A stretch of DNA of 63,870 nucleotides, filler included, from Octopus bimaculoides (Eukaryota), in the NCBI RefSeq assembly GCF_001194135.2. It is 7 parts of 6 records of this genome, joined end to end, with 100 filler letters (N's around TTAATTAATTAA, not from the genome) between each part and the next. Parts side by side here need not be neighbours in the genome. Positions count along the whole stretch, not along the records: positions 21,821 to 29,926 come from NC_068989.1; positions 30,027 to 57,351 come from NC_068984.1; 5 more parts are not named here. One strand, given 5' to 3'. Of this stretch, positions 24,560 to 36,760 are shown in pieces; position 1 is the stretch's first letter; each line of letters opens with the position of its first letter. The notes below the pieces were generated by a model. The model was not told where the DNA came from. It worked only from the letters and a program-made list of their open reading frames with translations, and did no database searches. Both the position numbers and the translations under genes were made by a program.

Positions 24560-24720
24560 GCTGGATGCCATACAAGGTTGGTGGGGTTGCACAAGAATCA
24601 CTGCGATAGAACTTTAACGGGTATCGGTAAAGTAAAGGAACTCGCCAGAGCTCTAAACGAGCGTTCAGTTTGTTAGAAAAAAAGAAACCAAGTCTGTTAG
24701 AAATCACGCCACGCTTTCGG
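24560..24720 (+). mobile_element. Possible RTE-type apurinic endonuclease N-terminal remnant
   Basis: HCDRTLTGIGKVKELARAL resembles WNVRTL...GK..EL...L. Short and interrupted by stops. Confidence 0.3.
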
Positions 24721-24899
24721 CGTGAAAATGACTCACCGGAAAATGTAGTTCTTAATTTAAATATATGGTAAAAAAAAAAAGAAAATAAACAAAAATAAAA
24801 ATATAACCAGATTCTCATACATTTAATATTTTCTATTCTGACTGAATGCAGAAATTCTGACTGCTGTAAGTATTTAAAAGTTCGTTTATTTTACTATGA

Positions 24900-25800
24900 G
24901 GTTTGTATGTGTTATATGTAGCTATCAGTATTTAAGTATTTTGCGCTTGTGATGTGTTTGATTATATTGTTGAGTGAGGTATGTGGTTGTTCTGGACGTT
25001 CACTTACTCGTATTGCTGTTAAGGCTGGAGACAGTACATGTTGAAGTTGATATTGAAAGTTTTGTTGCGAAGCCAATTTTGGTTGGTAAATGTTTGCAGA
25101 AATTGTAAAGCTGTATCTAGATAGTGGTGTTAAGGCATAATTAAATGTCAGTTAACTACGCCTGAAGCTGTGTATATGTTTAAAAGAAGATGTGGGTAGG
25201 CGTTGGCAAATGAATGAGTTGACAGATTTCCGTGGTACCCCATTTAGAATATCACAGTGTATTGCAAATTCTTAATGTTTTGTTCTTATGTACTACAGAG
25301 ACTTGATAATGCGAGTGGTAGTTGCTAGCCATCATGTTTTGTTACTTCATAAGGAAGCGATGAATATGTTGTATATATGTAAGTAACATAGAATAGAGCC
25401 GAAATTTTCTTCAATAGTCAGCCAATCGTCAGTCCCTTCTTTACGTATGTCCACTAGAGCTGTATCAACGATTTCAGGATTTCATATATAAGAAGCTAAA
25501 TCCCTGTGATTATAATCTAAAAAAAAAAAACAAATTTTAAAAGCTAATTATATCTGAAATCTCTGAGACTAACGTCTATCTTATTGACATAGTAGCTTGA
25601 TTGGTGTGCGTAGATTTTCTGTGACTCAAGCTGCGGTGTATTGATTATGAAAGAATTGTGAGCAGTGTCGTGTTTGCATACAGTGGTTTGAATAAGTGTT
25701 GAGCTTTACAGAGAGGAATACGTAGCCTAGCGATATCAATAAGCTCTCTATTGAATTTGATTGAAGGTGGGGATTAGATAATGGATTTAAAACGACATTT
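24900..25800 (-). mobile_element. Highly decayed LINE reverse transcriptase (CR1/L2/Jockey/I-type)
   Basis: Ordered minus-strand motifs RFKSII (YRPISL), AQHLFKP..TTLL (QHGFR), NGVPRKSV (SGVPQGSV), FNINFNMYC, ITSAKYL. Confidence 0.5.
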
Positions 25801-26620
25801 GATTAGATATTGCCAAGTTACTGAATTTCCAGTATCTCATTGCGATGATACGATATGAGTACTTATAGATGTCGATGAATGACGGTAGTATTCATTGGTG
25901 TTGTCGTAGGGTAGTGAGGGTAACAAAGATGATTGTGATGGTTTTGGTATCGTTGAGGAGAAACGAGGACTTAGCGCGACTTGAATCCGCTAGACTTGAG
26001 ACCTAAGTACACTAATTTCTCTCATTAACCTGTGAAAATTATCAAAAATACACGAGGTACGGCACCAAAAATAAAATTTCTACATTTTAAACGACCTTTG
26101 GCATGAAGCTAAACTGGGAAAGCAGTTGATAATGGCGTTTTCATGTAACTAATGTTTTATTGTTTTCTTAGCTACCCCTATAATATGGGGTGGTGCAAAT
26201 ACGTGACGTTCCCACTTCTACATATTTGACCTCTTTCGTCTTTACATCGATGACAAATTTAACGCAATTTCATTTGTTGAAATATCTTTTTTATAATTTC
26301 TATATTTTAAGCAAAGCCATTAGCAGCATGACTTTGGCTACACCCTTCTTTGTAGAAGAAATATTTTAAAAGCAAATGAAACTACTTGTGATTGCAGAGT
26401 GCGGTTTTCTACAACGTACTGAATACAATGAAAAAGCAGCGTCATTTCATTGACTAATCCTGGTTATAAACATTTCATTCAAATCTTTGTTTTTGGAAAA
26501 TTAATAATCGCTTCCCGTACGTCGTTTATGTATTGAATGTGAGGGAATGAGAATTTGAAAAGCACAGATCTAATTTGTTTTGAAAGCAATATAGCAAGTC
26601 CATCAATAAGTTACCCTAAG

Positions 26621-26688
<68 letters not shown>

Positions 26689-27175
26689 GCATGTATGTAT
26701 GTATGTCTTTGTGTGTATGTGTATACAAACGTATATATATATATATATATATACACATATATAAATGTATGTATGACTGTATATATATTTATATGTATGT
26801 AAGTATACATTTATACATACATACGTGCAGACACACACACATTCACATGCGAGCGCGCGCACACACACACGCATTTATGTATGTATATATACATATGAAT
26901 ATGTAATCACGAGAATAAAGAACGCGAATATCTTGCAATAGCTATATTAAGTTTCAAAATAACGAAAGCATTAGTGTTGCAATATTTCGTCTTTATAGAA
27001 TTTTAAATGTTGTTTTCAAGTTATTAAGGATGAAAATGTAATTACAAATGCGAAAAAATATTAAAATACAGATATGTATTTATTTTTTTATTTGGAAAAA
27101 CACACATATTAAAAAATAATGAATGTATCCGTCAATCCCTAACTTTAATTAGTTTCTGATTAGACACACACACAC

Positions 27176-27214
<39 letters not shown>

Positions 27215-27217
27215 AAC

Positions 27218-27252
<35 letters not shown>

Positions 27253-27263
27253 CATACATATAT

Positions 27264-27550
27264 GAGGGACTCTCCCATCGAAGACGACGAATGAACGTTC
27301 AGCTTTTCTGACCGACCAGCACAAATGATTTCTTTATAGTTATCATACGTTCGTGCCGTGCATTAGCTTACCCACAGCGTCAGATCGACGTTGTTGGACA
27401 GGTGCACGCTGTACCACGCGTCAGATGTCGAAGTGATCACGGAGCAACGCGCGATGAAGTGTTTTTCTCAAGAGAGCCCAACGCTTGGAATTGTAATCGC
27501 GATCTAGTGACGGCGACTGCAACGTCCTAGCCACTAAACCATGCGCCCTC
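27264..27550 (-). mobile_element. SINE D (tRNA-like head + CORE-like segment); decayed relatives at 40636-40725 and 43200-43325 (+)
   Basis: Minus-strand gagggcgcatggtttagtggctagg (A-box-like) ... ctcttgagaaaaacacttcatcgcgcgttgctcc. Confidence 0.6.
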
Positions 27551-28414
27551 ATATATATATATATANNNNNNNNNNNNNNNNNNNNNNNNNNNNNNNNNNN
27601 NNNNNNNNNNNNNNNNNNNNNNNNNNNNNNNNNNNNNNNNNNNNNNNNNNNNNNNNNNNNNNNNNNNNNNNNNNNNNNNNNNNNNNNNNNNNNNNNNNNN
27701 NNNNNNNNNNNNNNNNNNNNNNNNNNNNNNNNNNNNNNNNNNNNNNNNNNNNNNNNNNNNNNNNNNNNNNNNNNNNNNNNNNNNNNNNNNNNNNNNNNNN
27801 NNNNNNNNNNNNNNNNNNNNNNNNNNNNNNNNNNNNNNNNNNNNNNNNNNNNNNNNNNNNNNNNNNNNNNNNNNNNNNNNNNNNNNNNNNNNNNNNNNNN
27901 NNNNNNNNNNNNNNNNNNNNNNNNNNNNNNNNNNNNNNNNNNNNNNNNNNNNNNNNNNNNNNNNNNNNNNNNNNNNNNNNNNNNNNNNNNNNNNNNNNNN
28001 NNNNNNNNNNNNNNNNNNNNNNNNNNNNNNNNNNNNNNNNNNNNNNNNNNNNNNNNNNNNNNNNNNNNNNNNCTAAAATTTTTTTTGCTACCCTATGATT
28101 TATTAATAATGATAGAATATTTTTTGGCTAATTTCTGAAAGAAAATCGGCATTTTCTTGTATTTGCTGCCGATAAGGTAAATCGCACATGCGCAGTAAAT
28201 TTTGAAAAATTAAGCATATAAGCATAAGTCATGTTTTCTATGTAGTGCCTCGTGTTTATATGTTAAATCTAGGTTATTCCGCTGAAGATAGCTGACCTTG
28301 CAAAATATTTTATTTTGCTAAAATAGCTTGAAACCATGGTACGGAAAATAGATTGGTAAATGTTTTTATTTTTCATTCCCTTTCGAAATTATCCCTAATT
28401 GTGGTATAGAGTTT

Positions 28415-28738
28415 TTGGCTGCTGGGGCACCGCCTTGAAAAGCCCGGTACTTATTCTATTACTCACTTTTGCCCAACAGCTAATGTATTAGGATATAAAC
28501 ACACAAACGCCAATTGTCAAGCAGTGGTGGGGGACAAACAGACACACACCGTCAGACAGACACACACACACATGCACACACGCACACACATACTCACTTA
28601 CACGCACACACACATTTAGATATTCGACGGGCTTCTTTCAAGGCTTTGGTCAGCCCCGAGGCTATAGTAGATGATACTCGTCTAAGGTGACACACAGTGG
28701 GACGAACCCGGAAGCATGTGGTTGGGAAGCCAACCTCT
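28415..28738 (-). mobile_element. SINE B copy lacking its first ~20 nt, with internal (TG)n tract
   Basis: Head from aagaggttggcttcccaaccac, B-box ccgggttcgtccc, body gtttgtcccccaccactgcttgacaa...aaggcggtgccccagc. Confidence 0.85.
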
Positions 28739-28922
28739 TATTTCTTTATTGCTCTCAAGGGGCTAGACATAGAGGGGACAAACAAGGACAGACAAACGGA
28801 TTAAGTCGATTACATCGACCCCAGTGCGTAACTGGTACTTAATTTATCGACCCCGAAAGGATGAAAGGCAAAGTCGACCTCAGCGGAATTTGAACGCAGA
28901 ACGTAACGGCAGACGAAATACC
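28738..28922 (-). mobile_element. SINE A (tail A), 5'-truncated at ggtatttcg, between the Tx1-like LINE and SINE B
   Basis: High identity to the copies at 19237 and 60988. Confidence 0.92.
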
Positions 28923-29926
28923 AATTTCTTTATTGCCCACAGGGGGCCAAACATAGAATGGTACCAAACAACTGATTGGGATCAGTAATGCGAATGGTTT
29001 ACATAAAATATGACTTTAAAATTTTATAAAATATAAAAAATCGAATGATATTAACAGTAAGTTAGACAACACAAATGAAGCGATGATCACGCCACGCTCC
29101 GACCCCACAAGCCCCGATCTATCGCTGGCACCTTTTTGTTTTCTTTTTTTCTGACTATTCACACGGTTCCTTGCACGCACAACACTCGTGCAACATACTT
29201 CCATCTCTTTTGGAACGTACACTCCGACAAACATCTCTTCTCCAGCCACACTTTCCTTTTCAAATGAAAAGTAAAAAATGAACGTAAATTGTGGCCAGAG
29301 ATAAAGTTGCCTGTCTTAATTCCTTTTATCCTCGTCTTCCATACTACCTCTTTCGCTATTGCTACAACCGTGAGAAAACAATTCTTACCTTCGTTTGTTA
29401 AAACTCCCGGTGGGTCAATTTTTATAATTGACTCAGTAGACAGCTGTACTCTTCCTTCACCGGACAACAGGTGTTCAGCATACGCCCACGTTTCACATAT
29501 CTCCGGACACTGAACAATAGCATGAGGGACGGTTTCCCTGTCTCCCCCGCATCTTGGACAGGTCGGCGACTGACGCTTACCGTGTCTTGCAAGCTTATCC
29601 CAAACGGGTAAGGCACCTCTGTAGCATTGCCAGGTTAAGGACTTTTGGAAGTTGTCCAACGTTCTCAACCCTAATGTACGGTGAAACAGGCTGTCCAGTT
29701 GAATAAAGCCGAGACCTAGAGTCGCTCCCAGGCCATGGTCACATTCAGACTCTACCAACCCACTATATAAAATCCGTGTGGAACCCCCACCGGTGGCGTT
29801 GCCCGAGCGCCGGAAAAGCAAGAGGGCCTTACGACACTCTTTATGCCATTCACTCGACCTCGGTCTACGAGAACACCAGGCTTCCTGCTCGCAAAAGCTT
29901 TTGAACTCGGGGAACATTTGTCTGGC
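28923..29926 (-). mobile_element. Tx1/L1-clade LINE: uninterrupted ORF2 C-terminus (zf-RVT CCHC finger) + ~235-nt 3'UTR, cut by a linker
   Basis: Reading frame open from 29926 to the stop at 29159. Motifs LTWQCYRGALP, CPRCGGDRETVPHAIVQCP (C-x2-C-x8-H-x4-C) and KEVVWKTR. The 3' end is ctatgtttggccccctgtgggcaataaagaaatt. Confidence 0.88.
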
Positions 29927-30080
29927 NNNNNNNNNNNNNNNNNNNNNNNNNNNNNNNNNNNNNNNNNNNNTTAATTAATTAANNNNNNNNNNNNNNNNNN
30001 NNNNNNNNNNNNNNNNNNNNNNNNNNTATATATATATATATTTATATATATATATATACACACATATACTTATAATATAT

Positions 30081-30437
30081 ACATGCCACCTTCGGCAAGT
30101 GTCTTGTACCATAGCCTCGGGTCGACCAGACCTTTCTGAGTGGATTTGGTAGACGGAAACTGAAAGAAGCTCATCGCATGTGTGTGTATGTGTGTGCGTG
30201 GGGGGATGCGTGCGCGCGCGTATGTGTGTGCGTGTGTGTGTCTGTGATTGTCCTCCCACCATCCCTTGACAACCGATACTGGAGTGTTTAACTCCCCGTA
30301 ACTTAGCGGTACGGTCAGGTTAACCGGTATAATAAGAACTAGGTTTACAAAAAATATGTCCTGGGGGCGACTTGTTCAACTAAAGGCGGTGCTCCTGCAT
30401 GGCCGCAGTCAAGTGACTGAAACAAGTAAACGAATAA
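30081..30437 (+). mobile_element. SINE B (CORE-like part, internal microsatellite, 3' body)
   Basis: gccaccttcggcaagtgtctt...gagtggatttggtagacggaaactgaaagaag-(TG)n-cttgacaaccg...aaggcggtgctcc...gactgaaacaag. Confidence 0.88.
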
Positions 30438-30518
30438 AAGAATACACACATATATATACAAACATTTACTTATAACATATGTATATACATATACACATAT
30501 ATGTTTACNNNNNNNNNN

Positions 30519-30571
<53 letters not shown>

Positions 30572-31126
30572 GTGACATACATACATGTATGTATAGTCTT
30601 ATACGGTTACACCTATATTTATATATATGTATGCATGTGCGTCAGTCCTGAGTTGATACAGTATCGAACGCTCTCCCTTCGTGACAACCACACCATTAAA
30701 TGTGTCGGTTCATTTTTAGAAAGGTAAGTCATGATATGAGGGAGATTGGACTGTTATCTATGACACGTCGAGCGACCCTGTAAGGACTCCCACAGTAGCT
30801 CGAATATCTGCTTTTATGTATATGTGAATGTATGTATACATGTATGTACGTATGCATCTATGAATATATATATATATATATATTTGGGTATGAGTTTGTG
30901 TGCGTGAAGTATATGTATGTATGTATGTAAATATATATATATATATATATACATACATACATACACGCAAATATATACATATGTATAGATACACGTACAT
31001 GCATATATATATATATATATATATGTATATACATACATACATACACGCAAATATATACATGCATGTAAGTTATATATTTGAACGTATGAAGGATATATTT
31101 ATGTAATTATTTATAGACATATGTAG

Positions 31127-31157
<31 letters not shown>

Positions 31158-31168
31158 AATATCGATAC

Positions 31169-31203
<35 letters not shown>

Positions 31204-32219
31204 AACATATTTGTTTGTATGTATGTATATATATGTGTGTGTGTGTGTGTGCGTGTATGTGTGCATATATATATATGTGTGTGTATATATATATATATAT
31301 ATACATTTATATACGTACATATCTATGTATATATGTATGTATATTATACATGTATACACTCACTGTAACGACAGACAGCTTTTAAAAGAAAAAATGTGAT
31401 GAAGCTGGCTAAATATTTACATAGAAAGAGAGGTAGATGTATAGTTACATAATTAGATGTGCCTTAAGCAAGCTCATGTGTATATATATATATGTATATA
31501 TATATCCTACGTTGATTGTTACATAGATTAATGAACATTTACAAAGTTACAGAGAATATAAATATAAGATACATGCGTACATGCACACAAATGCATACGC
31601 GTGTTTGTATAGATCGCGCATACATAGAACAGAGAGCTAAAGCTAGTGTGATAGACAAACGGACAGACAGACTAGTAGATAAACAACAAGGTAGATAGTA
31701 ACATACATAGATATACATGTGTATAATATTGCATGAAATTTTCAAGAGATGGATGGTTGGATAACTTACGTTCTTCCTATATATATATATTCGAGTAGTC
31801 GGATAGATAAGCGGAGTATAGCTATCTACCAAGTTAGCAAGATAGCTATGTTTTATCATATAATATGTAGCTAACTGAATATACGGATAGAAAGAACGAC
31901 AGATATACATGGAAATAGGTGATTGAAAAAGAGTGATGGGATGAGGAAGCGAGATCATCAGATAGATATGTGATAGATAAATAGATTGGTAGATAGATAG
32001 ATATATAGGTAGGTAGATAGCTAGACTGATTGATAGATAAATAAGATAGACAGACAAATAGACTGTTTGTTAGATGAATATAACGTTACATGAATGGATG
32101 CAGAGAATTTGAATGAACTACACACATATACACACACAAGCACTCACGCACAGATATCAAGCACTACCACCACCGCATAAACACTATATATCTGTGTGCG
32201 TGTGTATATACACACACAC

Positions 32220-32250
<31 letters not shown>

Positions 32251-33181
32251 CACACATACAGACACGTGTGCGTAGAGATATACAAGAAAATAAGACTGAA
32301 TAAACTGTAAAGAATTGAAGTAATACACTCACACGTGTGTATACGGAGAGAGAAGGGAGAGAAAAGATAGATAGATAGATAGATAAGACTGAAGTACACA
32401 AAACACGATGACTATACTACAGAGCAGCCATAGCCTGACGTGCGAGTGATTTTAGACAGACAAAATTGGAAGGAAATATGCAATTAGTGGTAACAACGAC
32501 ACACGACCGACGAGGGGTGTGTAATAACGTGCCGCCTGCTGTATACGTATGTGTGTACGTGTAAATACTCACTGTCGTACAGCGTTACAACGTTACAAAT
32601 CATTGAGCTTTACAATACACGCCACCACATGCCGCAACAGCCATCCATCTATCTCTGAACACAACCACACTATTATATACATACATACACACATACATAC
32701 ATACATACATATATATATATGTATATCAGCAGCAGCAGATCATTATGGACACATGGGACCTAGCCGTGTACACACATATACACGTAGATCATATATACTT
32801 AAACTCACACGTGCTCTTACGCATATATATATATATATATATATATTTGCTGTAATATTTAATCATGGGTTGAAGCTTCAGTTTCTTTATAATATAGTCT
32901 TGTACCATTCTGCTTATGCTTTAAGTGTTTTGAATGCTTATTTATCTTTACAATTGTATAATATAACTATGTTAACTGTTTTAGTACGAAGACATTCAAC
33001 TACACGCTTTTTAGCACCTTTTTTTCCCTTCTTCTCTCGTATGTAAATTTAAACGCATGTCCATGCAAATACATAGATATATGTAATGCAAACGTATAAT
33101 AAATATATATATGGTTAGTACATGTTACACGAGGAAACTAAGAAAAGTCACACATGCGTTGATACATACATACACACACAT

Positions 33182-33227
<46 letters not shown>

Positions 33228-33559
33228 GTGCACACATCCACAAATCCATAACGTGTATGCGTATATATATATGTATGTATGTATGTATATGTATTGCTAC
33301 ATACACACAAACTCACCTTAGCTTTGCTACTACTACTACTGGGGTTGATACAAGCCAGTGCCGTTGTAAAACCGTCGAGCGACTGGCTGCCTTTTGCCTT
33401 ACGCTTCGTCTTGTAACGTCCGTATTAGAATAGAGAGAGAAAAACTCTTAGCTGATTCGGTGGCAAAACACAAACCAACACCGCTATGATCCTCACCACC
33501 ACCACCACCTTCTTTTCAGTTACACACACATTAGACACACGTACACATACATATTACTT

Positions 33560-34625
33560 TCCCTCTACTCTTTGCTCTACTCTTTCCTTTCACTCTCCCC
33601 CTTCCCCCTCGATTATTCATTTCCCCCTCCCTCCCTTGTTGTTTCACTCTTCCTTTCCCTTTTGTTTTTTCTTTTATTTTACTTCTAGCTTTTCTCTCTT
33701 CGTTCTTTACCCCACCCCCACCCCTCTTCCTCCTCCCAATCTCGTATTTCTCGTTTTTGCCATTCTCTTTCCTTCATCTTTTCTGTCGTCACTTTTCCCT
33801 TATCGACCCCCCCTCCCTTCCACCTCTTTCATTCATTATATATTCTCTTCGTCTCGTCTCCTTTTACTTTTGTTTTTATACTCTCTCTCTCTCTCTCTCT
33901 TTCTCTTTCACTCACCCTCTTCCCCTCTCACACATTCGTCCTCTCCGCGTCCTTTCTCTTCTTTTATAATCTCTAATTTTCCTTTTCATCCATTCATTTT
34001 CCTATAACCATAACTACTCTTTCTTTTCTTCTTTTCTTTCCTTCATAATCCACCCCATCTTTCTTTTTCCTTTTCTCCTTCTTTCTTTCACTATTTTCAC
34101 TTTTTCTATCATTTGTTTTCTTCTCTTTCTGATCTTCATTCTCATATCTTACCCACAATCTTACATTCTCTTTCATTTTCTTTCACACTTTCCTTCATTT
34201 CTTTTCCACTTTCTCCTTCTTTTTCTCTTTAATCATTCTCTATTACCCTTCTATATTAACCTTAAATATATTTTTCATTTCTCTCTTTTCTTTCTTTCAT
34301 TCCTTTCATTCATTCCCTCTCCTTTATATTCCCAATTCCTTCTCTTCGTATTCATCATCCAGCTTCACACTTTGTCATCATTCTCTTCTCCTCTCTTTTA
34401 TTAATTTCATTCGCACTATATTTCTTTCTTTCTCCTATCCTCACTCCCTTGACTCTTTCACTTTCATGCTTTCTGTTTTTCTCTTGCATTATTTCTTTCT
34501 TTTGTATCTTTCTTCTTTGTTCGAGAAGCTTCACCTAGTCTCCTTTTCATTGTCACCATTTCACTCATTCACTCATTCATTTAATTTCTTCATATTTTTC
34601 TTTCATCTCTTCTTTCTATCTCTCT
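33560..34625. repeat. ~1-kb imperfect polypyrimidine (CT-rich) tract
   Basis: Strong C/T strand bias throughout. Confidence 0.85.
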
Positions 34626-34656
34626 CTTAATGTCTGTCATTTATGACGATTCAGGA

Positions 34657-34737
<81 letters not shown>

Positions 34738-34744
34738 CAGCAGC

Positions 34745-34792
<48 letters not shown>

Positions 34793-34954
34793 TGTTACTG
34801 TTATAGTTGCAGCAGTAGAAGTTGTAGCAGCAGTAATAGTGATGGTAGTAGTAGTAGCTGTAGCAGTAATAGTAGTAATAATCGTAGTAACAGCAGCAGT
34901 AGTAGTCGTAGCTGCAGCAGCAGAAGTATTAGTGATAGTAATAGTAGTGGCATC

Positions 34955-34990
<36 letters not shown>

Positions 34991-35152
34991 GGTGGTGGTG
35001 GTGGTGTTGGTGGTATAAGTAGTAGTAGCTATAGTGTTACTAACATTAGTAGCAGTAAAAGTAGTAATAGTTACGATAGCAGCAGTAGTTGTAATAGAAG
35101 TAGAAACAGTTATAGTAGCAGTAGTAGTAGCAGCAGCAGCAGCAGCAGAAGC

Positions 35153-35198
<46 letters not shown>

Positions 35199-35284
35199 AT
35201 ATTACCTGTGCATGTTACGTACCCCCATTCTGTTTCCCATTCCACCTCTTTCGCCACCACCACCACCCTCGTCATTCCACCACT

Positions 35285-35329
<45 letters not shown>

Positions 35330-35332
35330 GAT

Positions 35333-35363
<31 letters not shown>

Positions 35364-35476
35364 ACTACTACTACTACTACTAAATTGATGCTGTGTTATC
35401 TATGTAGCAGGTGTTCTTATTCTAGCTTAGTTATCGGTGTAGTAGTGGTAGTAGTAGTAGTAGTAAGTAGTAGTAA

Positions 35477-35510
<34 letters not shown>

Positions 35511-35580
35511 TGCGGCAGCAGTAGCAGCGGCGGCGCGTGCAGCAACAGCAGCAGTAGTAGTAGAAGCAGTAGTAAGTGGT
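34657..35580. repeat. Compound (AGT)n/(AGC)n tract with an internal inverted (ACT)n/(GCT)n block
   Basis: Strand switch at about 35255-35382. Explains the poly-S/T/V ORFs. Confidence 0.9.
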
Positions 35581-35931
35581 GATAGCTGTGAAAGCCAGCT
35601 GTGGTTTGATGTTAATGTCATTAATTTGAAAAGCAAAGGTGACAGATAAGTATATATATAAGATTTAACAGAACTGGGCCATTGAGACAATGAGTTATCT
35701 ATGCTCCTCTCAAGAATGTTTGAAGCAGTATATAACACTATCTATATGTGTGTATATGTACACACACATACACACACACACACGTAAGTGGACAAACGAA
35801 AGAAAAGGGCACTCAACACATTTAGTAAGAGTTACGAGTATTATTTAAAGCAGTTTGATTCGGTTCCAAGCTATTTCGAATTTCGGAAGTCCCTAACGGG
35901 AGCCCGATTCCTTCAGGCTTTTGGAATGCTA

Positions 35932-35978
<47 letters not shown>

Positions 35979-36724
35979 NNNNNNNNNNNNNNNNNNNNNN
36001 NNNNNNNNNNNNNNNNNNNNNNNNNNNNNNNNNNNNNNNNNNNNNNNNNNNNNNNNNNNNNNNNNNNNNNNNNNNNNNNNNNNNNNNNNNNNNNNNNNNN
36101 NNNNNNNNNNNNNNNNNNNNNNNNNNNNNNNNNNNNNNNNNNNNNNNNNNNNNNNNNNNNNNNNNNNNNNNNNNNNNNNNNNNNNNNNNNNNNNNNNNNN
36201 NNNNNNNNNNNNNNNNNNNNNNNNNNNNNNNNNNNNNNNNNNNNNNNNNNNNNNNNNNNNNNNNNNNNNNNNNNNNNNNNNNNNNNNNNNNNNNNNNNNN
36301 NNNNNNNNNNNNNNNNNNNNNNNNNNNNNNNNNNNNNNNNNNNNNNNNNNNNNNNNNNNNNNNNNNNNNNNNNNNNNNNNNNNNNNNNNNNNNNNNNNNN
36401 NNNNNNNNNNNNNNNNNNNNNNNNNNNNNNNNNNNNNNNNNNNNNNGAAGGGCTTGGTAAAAATTATTAATTGTTAATTTATTAATAAATTAATAAATTG
36501 ATAAACCTTTACCCTTTTAATTGTAATATATATATATATATATATATTTAATAAACTGAATTCTATTACCGATAACAACGTAAGCACAGACCTTGGTTTT
36601 CAATCAATTTTCGAGGAATTAAGTAAATGAGAGACAAATTACTTCCTGGACAGGTGTTTAGTCTATCCCTGGTTACTTTCGCAACTTCTTAACACGTGTT
36701 CCTTGCTCGCTTTTCTTCTTTCAG

Positions 36725-36760
36725 TAGATCGAAGTGGTTGATTGCCCAACTCGAAGAACT
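36725..36760 (+). CDS. Candidate 36-nt symmetric coding microexon (x-RSKWLIAQLEE-L)
   Basis: Branch-like cttaac ~30 nt upstream, polypyrimidine acceptor gcttttcttctttcag, donor GTAAGT. Only one of three frames is open (phase 2-2). Confidence 0.5.
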
